From a virus (lineage: Duplodnaviria > Heunggongvirae > Uroviricota > Caudoviricetes), in the IMG/VR virus record IMGVR_UViG_2563366964_000006: a stretch of 23,440 nt of DNA. The stretch is one strand, 5' to 3'. Each line of letters opens with the position of its first letter. The stretch's first letter is position 1. Shown here piece by piece: positions 1 to 7,328 of this stretch. Made by a program: the position numbers and the translations under genes. Below the pieces are notes generated by a model. It did not search any database and was not told where the DNA came from. It saw nothing but the letters and a program-made list of their open reading frames with translations.

Positions 1-399
1 ATGCCAAATACTGTAATCGACAGCTGGTCCGGTATGGTGTTTTTGAAGTTCAACGGGGCGAAATTTTCTGCCACTGATTACCCTGTGCTGGCGAAAGTGT
101 TTCCTTCGCTGGTATTACCTGAAGCCCGCGGTGATTTCATTCGTATCTGGGATGACGGGCGAGGTGCAGATGGTGGTCGCGAATTATTAAGCTGGCAGGA
201 AGCTACAAACTTTTCTCAGTTTGCCGGGAATATAGGCGGAGGTGCGGGACACGCAATTAACTTTCATGATGGCATCGCCGGAAATCAGCCAGGATTTTCA
301 CGATTTAATTTCACCAGTAACTCTGTGGGTGATGGTGTGAATTTTGTTGCTGTCAGACCGCGAAATATTGCATTTAACTTTCTGGTGAGGGCTAAATAA
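1..399 (+). CDS. Alternative tail-fibre C-terminal (receptor-binding) module, S'v-like; probably has no independent start in vivo
   Basis: 132-aa ORF with a tail-fibre collar-type motif (LPEARGDFIRIWDDGRGADGGRELLSWQEA resembles the LPDLRG-F-RGWD-GRG-D-GR signature of Mu S / P2 H-type fibres). Opposite strand to the main fibre gene; stop overlaps the next ATG (TAATG at 397-401). Family call from memory, no search. Confidence 0.5.
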   Translation: MPNTVIDSWSGMVFLKFNGAKFSATDYPVLAKVFPSLVLPEARGDFIRIWDDGRGADGGRELLSWQEATNFSQFAGNIGGGAGHAINFHDGIAGNQPGFSRFNFTSNSVGDGVNFVAVRPRNIAFNFLVRAK

Positions 400-992
400 T
401 GAAACCTGTTTTTGATGAAAATGGGCTGGCTACAGTGCCGGGCGATATGCGTTGTTTTTATTATGATGCAGTAACGTATGAATATACGGGCTGGTCTGAT
501 GAATATATTAATACTGGTGTAAGTATGCCCGCCTGTTCCACTGGTATTGACCCGGGCGAAAACATTCCGGGAAAAGTGGCAGTATTTACGGGTAAGGGAT
601 GGAGCCATGAAGAAGACCATCGCAATGAGACTGTTTACTCAACAGAAAATGGTGCAGCTGTTACAGTGGATTATATCGGTGCCATCAAAGACGGTTATGT
701 CACGCTTTCACCGTTAACGCCATATGATAAATGGGATGGTGAGAAATGGGTGACCGATACTGAGGCACAGCATAGCGCAGCAGTAGACGCGGCAGAAGCA
801 CAGCGCCAGTCGCTGATTGATGCTGCAATGGCTTCCATCAGTCTGATTCAACTGAAATTACAGGCCGGACGGAAGCTGACGCAGGCAGAAACAACCCGAC
901 TTAACGCCGTGCTGGATTACATTGACGCGGTGGCGGCAACAGATACCAGCACTGCGCCGGATGTCATCTGGCCTGAACTGCCGGAGGCGTAG
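399..992 (+). CDS. Tail fibre assembly protein (U'-like chaperone of the alternative fibre)
   Basis: 197 aa; C-terminus ...DTSTAPDVIWPELPEA matches the conserved end of phage tail-fibre assembly proteins; immediately follows the fibre-tip ORF with start/stop overlap. Confidence 0.7.
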   Translation: MKPVFDENGLATVPGDMRCFYYDAVTYEYTGWSDEYINTGVSMPACSTGIDPGENIPGKVAVFTGKGWSHEEDHRNETVYSTENGAAVTVDYIGAIKDGYVTLSPLTPYDKWDGEKWVTDTEAQHSAAVDAAEAQRQSLIDAAMASISLIQLKLQAGRKLTQAETTRLNAVLDYIDAVAATDTSTAPDVIWPELPEA

Positions 993-1404
993 GCCATTCA
1001 ATATCTGGCGCACCGGAAGTATCGACCAGTTCCAGTGTGTCCAGATAATCCAGCCACAAATTATATTGCGCCAGTTCCTCACCTTTCAGGCGACCAATCG
1101 CCGCTTTACCAGGCCATTGCTTACTGTTTATGTATTCGTTGACCTGATTAATCAATTGCTGCTTTTCCAGTTCGGCTGCGGCAATTTGTTCCTCATGAGT
1201 TGGCGGTGGAATATCAATCCATGCAGGCATTCCGTCGATGACGCCTCTGTATTTTCCTTCTGGTGCTTCCTTCATAAATTCGGCGGCAACAGTGTCGTCA
1301 ATTTCGATTCCATCACCGGGCCATTCGCCGGATTCCTGATAAGCGATTTTAAGCTCCACAGGGAAAAACGCATTTTTATCGGCACTGAAAATATATCTCT
1401 GCAT
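964..1404 (-). CDS. Tail fibre assembly protein (U-like)
   Basis: 146 aa; C-terminus ...VDTSGAPDIEWPTPPAVQAR carries the same conserved motif; ATG at 1404 lies 2 nt after the fibre gene stop; 3' end converges on and overlaps the opposite-strand assembly gene by 29 bp. Confidence 0.7.
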   Translation of the reverse strand: MQRYIFSADKNAFFPVELKIAYQESGEWPGDGIEIDDTVAAEFMKEAPEGKYRGVIDGMPAWIDIPPPTHEEQIAAAELEKQQLINQVNEYINSKQWPGKAAIGRLKGEELAQYNLWLDYLDTLELVDTSGAPDIEWPTPPAVQAR

Positions 1405-1406
1405 TT

Positions 1407-2147
1407 CTACCGTCCTATCGAAATATAACTGAATCTGTATTGATATGAGATATCACTGGTTGCCACACGCCACGCTGAATTACTGATATGTTCAAAATTT
1501 ACAGACAAAACCTGCGGGGCAGGATTCGACGGGTCTGACTGAACGGCATCAGACATAACACTGACTGAAACCATCGGCTGATTAGGGAATGGTATAGGGA
1601 AGTGTCCACTGATAAAGCGGGTCGAGTTTCCTGAAAAAGTGCCAAACTGAACAATATATCCACCTGGTAGCCTGAACCATCCCGAACCAGAAGCGAATGC
1701 TCCCATATCCGGTATCTGATTATCTCCTGTGCCCACATCCCTTTTCGCCGCTTCTCCCAAACCAAGGTCTGAGAGAACACCTTCAGCATCGCTACGACCA
1801 AGCAACGTTCTGGCGAAAGCCGTCAGGTCTGTCAGGGCCGCGTTTTTAGGACCAGTGAAGTACGGGAGTTTGTTTGCAGCACCAACCAGAGAGGCCAGCG
1901 CTCCCAGAGTATCGTTACCGGGGGCATAGAGTTTATTCAACGCTGCCAGAAGCTGACCAGCAGTTGAATCTGGTTCCATCGCAGCAGCAGTAAGAATGGC
2001 AATCATCTCGCTTTGAACATCGCGAATAGAGCCTTGCTCATTATTAAGATGTTCTGCGGGGACTATAGTCCCTTCAACCCCCGTTGTAGGGTTCCCATCG
2101 TGAAACAGATTGTCAGGGGTATTAATGGGCGGCATTAACGGTTGCAT
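1407..2147 (-). CDS. Tail fibre protein (S-like); start moved to the ATG at 2147 that overlaps the upstream stop (TAATG)
   Basis: Track ORF 1407..2177; the internal ATG at 2147-2145 overlaps the stop of the upstream DUF2313-like gene. Gly/Ala-rich fibre-like repeats and a C-terminal [14 protein letters not shown] tip-like motif; position after baseplate genes and before the assembly protein. Confidence 0.6.
   Translation of the reverse strand: MQPLMPPINTPDNLFHDGNPTTGVEGTIVPAEHLNNEQGSIRDVQSEMIAILTAAAMEPDSTAGQLLAALNKLYAPGNDTLGALASLVGAANKLPYFTGPKNAALTDLTAFARTLLGRSDAEGVLSDLGLGEAAKRDVGTGDNQIPDMGAFASGSGWFRLPGGYIVQFGTFSGNSTRFISGHFPIPFPNQPMVSVSVMSDAVQSDPSNPAPQVLSVNFEHISNSAWRVATSDISYQYRFSYISIGR
1752..1777. 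other. Candidate 26-bp serine-invertase (Hin/Gin/Cin-type) crossover site inside the tail-fibre gene
   Basis: TTCTCCCAAACC-AA-GGTCTGAGAGAA: two 12-bp half-sites with 10/12 dyad symmetry around a 2-bp AA core; core AAACCAAGGT is identical to the hixL core as I recall it. Falls at codons ~123-132 of the fibre gene ([10 protein letters not shown]). Confidence 0.5.
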
Positions 2148-2719
2148 TATGCGTTTTCCTGATAGGCGAAATAACAAAAGGTATGAGCCGGTTTTAAGTC
2201 CTGGAAGACCTCTTCAATAACCGGGTCGCCAAATGAGGTAAGCCGTTCACCAGCGGCAGAATTACCCGCGCGGAAGCGGTAAACCAGCGTTCCGGAGTTT
2301 TTAACATTCACAACCCACACCCAGATAATGTCTTCAACATAAAGACGATCACCGGCGCGATTAGTGCCCGCCCTGAAGGGCTGTGGTTCATCGATCGTGA
2401 CGGTATATCCAAGGCTGGATGCCAGTCGGGTGAAGTATGGGATGCTGAGTCCGCCCGTTTCGGCCAGTTTGGCCAGCACGCGCTGCTGGCGCTGCTGATA
2501 GCTGGCCCCGGACTGAGCTGTCAGGCCAAGAACACGCTCCCAGTCTGAGAGCAGGTTCATGGCCATATAGGGCGTGACGCCCCCTTTAGCAAGTTCAGCC
2601 GAGTTCTCTACATCGTCGAAAACCCGGGCTTCAGCCTGCAGAGATGCAGCCAGAACCGGCTGACCGGGGCTGTAACTGACTTTGGGTAACAGTAAATTCA
2701 GTAAGGTATAATGGCTCAC
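2147..2719 (-). CDS. Mu gp48-like tail/baseplate protein (DUF2313-type)
   Basis: 190 aa; position between baseplate J-like gene and tail fibre; sequence character of DUF2313/YmfQ-like proteins as recalled. Confidence 0.6.
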   Translation of the reverse strand: MSHYTLLNLLLPKVSYSPGQPVLAASLQAEARVFDDVENSAELAKGGVTPYMAMNLLSDWERVLGLTAQSGASYQQRQQRVLAKLAETGGLSIPYFTRLASSLGYTVTIDEPQPFRAGTNRAGDRLYVEDIIWVWVVNVKNSGTLVYRFRAGNSAAGERLTSFGDPVIEEVFQDLKPAHTFCYFAYQENA

Positions 2720-3783
2720 AGTAATCCAACCTCCACATTACCGAGTCGAAGCCACTCCACTTTCTCCTCATTGACGACCGGGAAGATATTGGCTGCAGGC
2801 GCGATAAATTCGCGGTCAGTAATTCCTGGAATCAGTGATATCAGTGTCCCGGCCTGGCTACGGATAAACGGCACGGCAGGGTCACGGCGACTGTCGTCAT
2901 CCTGAAGAGAAGCGATAATTTGCGTAGTAGCATCGGCTAGTGTCAGACCATCCAGAGATACCTGGACTGAAACGTCAAAATTGACAATGGTCGGGGCAAT
3001 AACCAGGGCGTTCTTAGCCGTCACCGGGCGTACGTCATCAATATGAGCCTGAGTACGATCAATAACATCCTGAGACGGCAGACCACCGGCAGAGGTGATC
3101 ACAATATCAACGGTGCCAAGACCCCGACGCAGAGGATAGACATACGCAGCTGATACACCTGCAACTTCAAGGGCCCAGCGCTTATAGTCATATTTATTGC
3201 CGCCTGCAGGCGGTCGGCGAATAACATCGAGTAAACGGGCCAGTAACTCAGCATCAGTCTCTTCGTCAGTGCCACCAGACATCATCCCGACGGTCACCGT
3301 ACTGTCGAGGCCCGATGGCGTCGTGCTGAGAATGGCAGTGGTGGTTGAGGTTGTATTACCGGCGGTGCCTTTTGCCGACGAGACAGCATTAACAGTGCCT
3401 TTGCCATCGGCTCCGATGGTCAGTTCCGCTGTTGTTGTCCATGCCTGGCTGTCACGCTTAAAAACTAACCCTGCTGCTGCTGTCGTGTTGGGCTGTCCGG
3501 TAAAGGTGGCAGGACCAGAAGCGCTGTTAGCGGGTTTCTTGGTAAGCCCTCGGGTTCTCGCGTGAAGGTAGAGATACTCAGCATCAGCGGTATCCGGGAA
3601 AATCTGACGAACAATCCAGCCCTGATGCTGGTAAAGCCCCTCGGCAACACTTGCAACACTGGAGGCGCGAACGAACCAGTCGCTGTCTTCACCCAGTTTA
3701 TCGTCAGTCAGTTGCAGCTGGTTTTTAATATCACGCAACAGCTCATCGCGGATTTGTGCTGTTGTTTTAGTAACGAAGGGCAT
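2716..3783 (-). CDS. Baseplate J-like protein (Mu gp47-like)
   Basis: 355 aa; typical size and N-terminal character of Baseplate_J proteins; synteny. Confidence 0.75.
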   Translation of the reverse strand: MPFVTKTTAQIRDELLRDIKNQLQLTDDKLGEDSDWFVRASSVASVAEGLYQHQGWIVRQIFPDTADAEYLYLHARTRGLTKKPANSASGPATFTGQPNTTAAAGLVFKRDSQAWTTTAELTIGADGKGTVNAVSSAKGTAGNTTSTTTAILSTTPSGLDSTVTVGMMSGGTDEETDAELLARLLDVIRRPPAGGNKYDYKRWALEVAGVSAAYVYPLRRGLGTVDIVITSAGGLPSQDVIDRTQAHIDDVRPVTAKNALVIAPTIVNFDVSVQVSLDGLTLADATTQIIASLQDDDSRRDPAVPFIRSQAGTLISLIPGITDREFIAPAANIFPVVNEEKVEWLRLGNVEVGLL

Positions 3784-4133
3784 CAGCTCACCTTAACCGG
3801 ATATTTCCAGGTCTGCGGTGAAACACCGGCAGACGTAACAGTGATAAGCAGCAGGAGCCAGCCTGGCTGATAGCGTTCTGCCGTTATATCAATGGATATG
3901 GCCCTGCCATCGTCCAGCATAGGCTGAAGCGCCTGCTCTGCGTACTGGCGGGCGAGTTTACGCACGCGAGGCGTATCTTTTTCCCGCTGTAGCGTGTGCA
4001 AAAGTGACCCCAGTGATGGTGCCGCCCACCATGAGCCAAGCGGCGTCATTAACCGTAAATAAACGGCATTGGCCAGGGAGTCAGTGCTGTCACCGGTATA
4101 GTCGCCGGTGACTGGGTCAATTAGCATTTCCAT
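3783..4133 (-). CDS. Mu gp46-like baseplate protein
   Basis: 116 aa; first gene after the 4134-4227 intergenic gap; stop overlaps the J-like start; synteny with Mu-like baseplate modules. Confidence 0.6.
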   Translation of the reverse strand: MEMLIDPVTGDYTGDSTDSLANAVYLRLMTPLGSWWAAPSLGSLLHTLQREKDTPRVRKLARQYAEQALQPMLDDGRAISIDITAERYQPGWLLLLITVTSAGVSPQTWKYPVKVS

Positions 4134-4163
4134 GCCGACATAGTATCGGCAATGGAAATAATG

Positions 4164-4191
4164 TAAGAGTTGAAGGGGTTCAGTGGGTTAA
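4164..4191 (-). promoter_or_regulatory. Conserved motif (minus strand TTAACCCACTGAACCCCTTCAACTCTTA), candidate late-promoter / activator-binding element
   Basis: 17-bp core GTTGAAGGGGTTCAGTG (plus 4169-4185) is identical to 15957-15973; contains a TGAA-N4-TTCA dyad; ends 35 nt upstream of the ATG at 4133; lies in the only intergenic gap of the tail/baseplate gene block. Confidence 0.4.
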
Positions 4192-4227
4192 TTAGTTTCA
4201 GAAAGGTAAACAGGAAAATACCACAAA

Positions 4228-4815
4228 TTACATCAGCTGATTAGGTTTATCCGTAGTTCCTGCATCGCCACCATGCTCGTGGTCATGGTCGTCATAAGTT
4301 TCACGTACCTTATTGAGCGTGGATGTACCGTCAGCAAGGTCATTCGTTGCTTTCAGAAGCGGTGTATCGAAGTTTGCTTTATTTGTCGCGTTGACATCAT
4401 AGTCGGCGGTATTAACTGAATATTTATTTTTGGCATTCACGATAAAATCATCGCAATTAGCCTCAATAATTTTCCCGCGTTTAAGAACAATATTGCAGCC
4501 TTCATCCGTATACAGTGCAACTTCTCCCGGTTTCAGTTCTTTCAGACGATAGCGGCCATGCTCCGTCGCAATAACAATACCGTGGCTGGTTTTACCGTTA
4601 ATTGGTAACACGACCGCCATCGTGCCAGGTAGCGGATTAGAGGTGAAACCATAATGCTGAAAGAGTTCTATATCCTGTAACGGTTCAGGGCCAAGCCCCT
4701 TGCCCTGAATAGTCTGCGCAGGCCCCGCGCTGTTAACGCGAGTTATTACGCCTCTGAATGCGTTTCTGATACGGTTTAAAGCCATATTAATCCGCTGATC
4801 CACTTTATTCCACAT
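4228..4815 (-). CDS. Baseplate assembly protein V-like / spike (Mu gp45-like); start revised to the ATG at 4815
   Basis: Track ORF 4228..4947 overlaps the upstream gene by 143 nt; internal ATG at 4815 has GGAGA 7 nt upstream and begins MWNKVDQRINMALNRIRNAFRGV, typical of gpV-type proteins. Confidence 0.65.
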   Translation of the reverse strand: MWNKVDQRINMALNRIRNAFRGVITRVNSAGPAQTIQGKGLGPEPLQDIELFQHYGFTSNPLPGTMAVVLPINGKTSHGIVIATEHGRYRLKELKPGEVALYTDEGCNIVLKRGKIIEANCDDFIVNAKNKYSVNTADYDVNATNKANFDTPLLKATNDLADGTSTLNKVRETYDDHDHEHGGDAGTTDKPNQLM

Positions 4816-6010
4816 CAATAATCTCCAGCTTTTTATTAACCTTAGCGCGGCTTTTACGCAGTTTGCGTTTTTTAGGATAAGCATCGGGTATCCAGATACC
4901 ATCCTCTTTAAGCCTGAGCGTGGTGACGGTGTTATCGGGGCGGCCACCGCTAAATTCCCGGCCCATCAGAAAGAAAATATCGTCGATACCATGGGGCTCG
5001 CTGCGTACACGAATACGCTGACCTGGAGCCCAGAGCTTGCCGCTCTCCATGCGATGACCTTTCACTACAGCGGTTAACTCATAACCACTGAGCCGGGCAT
5101 CTGCCATGGCTTTTTTAGCCCGATAGTCAACCTGCGCCTGGTTATCAGCATCACCCACAACCATGATTTGAGGTCTGTAAAAGGAGACACTCGGGTCACG
5201 AACGACACTGCGGAGACCATGGAAACCACTCTCGGGGGAACCAACCGTCGTCAACAGGTCATTGTCACTGTCGTCGTCACCATCATCACTGTAAACATCG
5301 ATAATCTCAGTCCCTGAGGAAGACTTAGAACCCTGAGCGTGTCCCTGAGCCAGTACGGTCAGTTCGGAAAAAGAGCCATTCACAGATGAGCGATCGCTGA
5401 GGTCGAGAATATTATTCCCACGGCCATCACGGTTAAGCACCAGAGTAGCCACCGGGTCGGCCGTGTAATCCGGACCACCGATAACCAGCGTGCCGTCAGG
5501 CTCAAACCATGGCCAGAGCCCTCTGGCGGCAGCGGCGCGTTCCAGAGTGTCCCAGGCTCGCTCCCCTGGCTCAACGCTGACTTTATCGCTCTGCATCGAC
5601 GACTCAGCCTGCAGACGGATATTTCGTACCCCGAGCGGCCTGACCACCTGAGCGATAACTTCTTCCAGGCTCAGTTGACGGGAGGTGAATACGGGAGATG
5701 CGCAATCCACAAGGACGGCAGAACCATCGCGGCCAGAAATCCCCAGAGATACCTGCTGGCGTGATACGCGACGTTGAATAGTATCCACACGACCGGACAT
5801 CACTACGTCATCCCCTACGCGAACCAGCACAGGCACGCCCCGCGCAATTGAGGCCGGGAATACGCCATCAGGTAGCCCCATCGTCACACTCCAGGCGTCA
5901 GCGGGCACCAGAAAATCAGAATCAATCTGATAACGACTCCAGGAACTGTGGACTTTGCCATCAATAATCAGGCTCACCTTGTCCTGCGAGCTTTTATCTT
6001 GAGTAGGCAT
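4805..6010 (-). CDS. Baseplate hub protein (Mu P / gp44-like)
   Basis: 401 aa; size and position downstream of the DNA-circularisation gene; synteny. Confidence 0.75.
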   Translation of the reverse strand: MPTQDKSSQDKVSLIIDGKVHSSWSRYQIDSDFLVPADAWSVTMGLPDGVFPASIARGVPVLVRVGDDVVMSGRVDTIQRRVSRQQVSLGISGRDGSAVLVDCASPVFTSRQLSLEEVIAQVVRPLGVRNIRLQAESSMQSDKVSVEPGERAWDTLERAAAARGLWPWFEPDGTLVIGGPDYTADPVATLVLNRDGRGNNILDLSDRSSVNGSFSELTVLAQGHAQGSKSSSGTEIIDVYSDDGDDDSDNDLLTTVGSPESGFHGLRSVVRDPSVSFYRPQIMVVGDADNQAQVDYRAKKAMADARLSGYELTAVVKGHRMESGKLWAPGQRIRVRSEPHGIDDIFFLMGREFSGGRPDNTVTTLRLKEDGIWIPDAYPKKRKLRKSRAKVNKKLEIIDVE

Positions 6011-7328
6011 TCAGTACATCTCCCGCTTTCAGTGCATTGGGGTTACGTAGCGTCGGATTCAGGCGCAGCAGCTCGCTGGCTCGGCTGTAGTCTGCATACC
6101 AGAGATGAGCGAGCAAATGCAGGTTACAGTCTGCTTCAACCGTTCTGGTGGTAAGCGGTGGTCGCTGAGTGATGACGGTGGTCCCCAGCTCCTGGACGGC
6201 CAGCGCGATATCTTTCAGACCATTAACAACAGGCTGCCAGGTTACACCGCTCGCGCTGACTGATGAGCTGACGGCCTGAGTGTCGTCTGCAAACAGTTCG
6301 CGGGTCAGGTCAATAGCCTGTTGAATAGCCTTACGAGTATCACCGGCGATCTGTTCAACATCATCCGGTGAAAGTAATGTGATGACGCTTTCATCGCTAA
6401 GAATATCGGAAGCATCAGTCGCCAGCTGCAGCGCAACCTGAATTCGCGTCGCGGTTACCAGCTCGGCAATATCGCTGACTGAAGAACCTGAAGGCGTTGC
6501 CACGGCCGAGGTGGTCTGCCCTGTAATCAGTTTCTCGGATAATGCTGCGACTTCCTGCAATGAAGTATTACCGCTCTTCCAGTCCGCCATTATGATCCCG
6601 GCCACGCCAGTGACGTCCGATGACGTGCTGGCATAAGACCCTGGGTTATTGCTCACCGAAGATTTTGACGAGAGCGATGTCAGGCTGAGAGCGCTCTGCA
6701 AATCGTTCATATAGGCTTTGGGGTAGTTGATAAAGTCAGTTGTCGTGCTGACAAAACCAGTCAGCTCACCTTTAAGAACGGTCACCATATTCAGCGAGGT
6801 GGTCGCCAGCCCCTTGATACGCTTCATCCATTTTTTGGCTGTTCTCAGCGGAGCGAGCACATTATCGATGGCGGTCTGCGCCATATCGAGAGTGGACTGC
6901 ACCTGGTTGAAAATAATGTCAGCCTGCGAGAGAGGATTATCGCTGCCAAAGAAAGGCACTTCCGGCTTCGCCTGCAGGAAAACCACCTCAACAACGCAGT
7001 AATCCACATTTTCAGCCTCATGGGATGCCTGGTATTCGATGCATTGCATATATGGCATTGAACCGAAGACGGGGTGAATCAACTCCGCGTTACCGCGCTT
7101 ATCGAGCGCCGCAAGGAATGACTGCAGGCGGGTTTCATAGGCATCCCCCCAGAATAACGACGTTATTCTCAGGTTGCGCGGTTTGCGCCCCAGGTCGTCA
7201 ACGTCACCGCCATCAACATAAGGGTACTCGTAGACTGCCGTATCGCGGCTGGCGCTGTCACGGGTGTTAACAACGTCAAAGGTCACGCCACGGAACGACG
7301 CATCCTGTAATGAATCTTCCCAGCTCAC
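5994..7328 (-). CDS. DNA circularisation protein N-like (Mu gp43-like)
   Basis: 444 aa; immediately after tape measure with GTGA start/stop overlap and AGGAGG 7 nt upstream; N-terminal domain resembles the DNA_circ_N family as recalled. Confidence 0.7.
   Translation of the reverse strand: MSWEDSLQDASFRGVTFDVVNTRDSASRDTAVYEYPYVDGGDVDDLGRKPRNLRITSLFWGDAYETRLQSFLAALDKRGNAELIHPVFGSMPYMQCIEYQASHEAENVDYCVVEVVFLQAKPEVPFFGSDNPLSQADIIFNQVQSTLDMAQTAIDNVLAPLRTAKKWMKRIKGLATTSLNMVTVLKGELTGFVSTTTDFINYPKAYMNDLQSALSLTSLSSKSSVSNNPGSYASTSSDVTGVAGIIMADWKSGNTSLQEVAALSEKLITGQTTSAVATPSGSSVSDIAELVTATRIQVALQLATDASDILSDESVITLLSPDDVEQIAGDTRKAIQQAIDLTRELFADDTQAVSSSVSASGVTWQPVVNGLKDIALAVQELGTTVITQRPPLTTRTVEADCNLHLLAHLWYADYSRASELLRLNPTLRNPNALKAGDVLNAYSR

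Larger units (their letters stand above)
1..1764. mobile_element. Putative invertible tail-fibre (G-segment-like) host-range segment, partial: left boundary and invertase lie outside the window
   Basis: Two fibre-tip plus assembly-protein cassettes in opposite orientation with convergent assembly genes, and a crossover-like site in the middle of the expressed fibre gene. Mu G-segment-like architecture; inference. Confidence 0.45.

Noticed and set aside
1491-1525. Second hix/gix-like sequence (ACAGACAAAACCTGCGG) near the 3' end of the fibre gene
   Set aside because: Only one half-site resembles the consensus and the partner half has no dyad symmetry. The 1752-1777 site is far better; probably chance.
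1-2177. Diversity-generating retroelement targeting the tail fibre
   Set aside because: No reverse transcriptase gene and no template/variable repeat pair visible near the fibre C-terminus. Fibre variability here is better explained by the inversion-type arrangement.
4805-4947. 143-nt overlap between the gp45-like and gp44-like genes as a possible frameshift or pseudogene
   Set aside because: An internal ATG at 4815 with a good Shine-Dalgarno sequence gives a normal-length gpV-like protein with only a short overlap. The long overlap is an artefact of longest-ORF calling.
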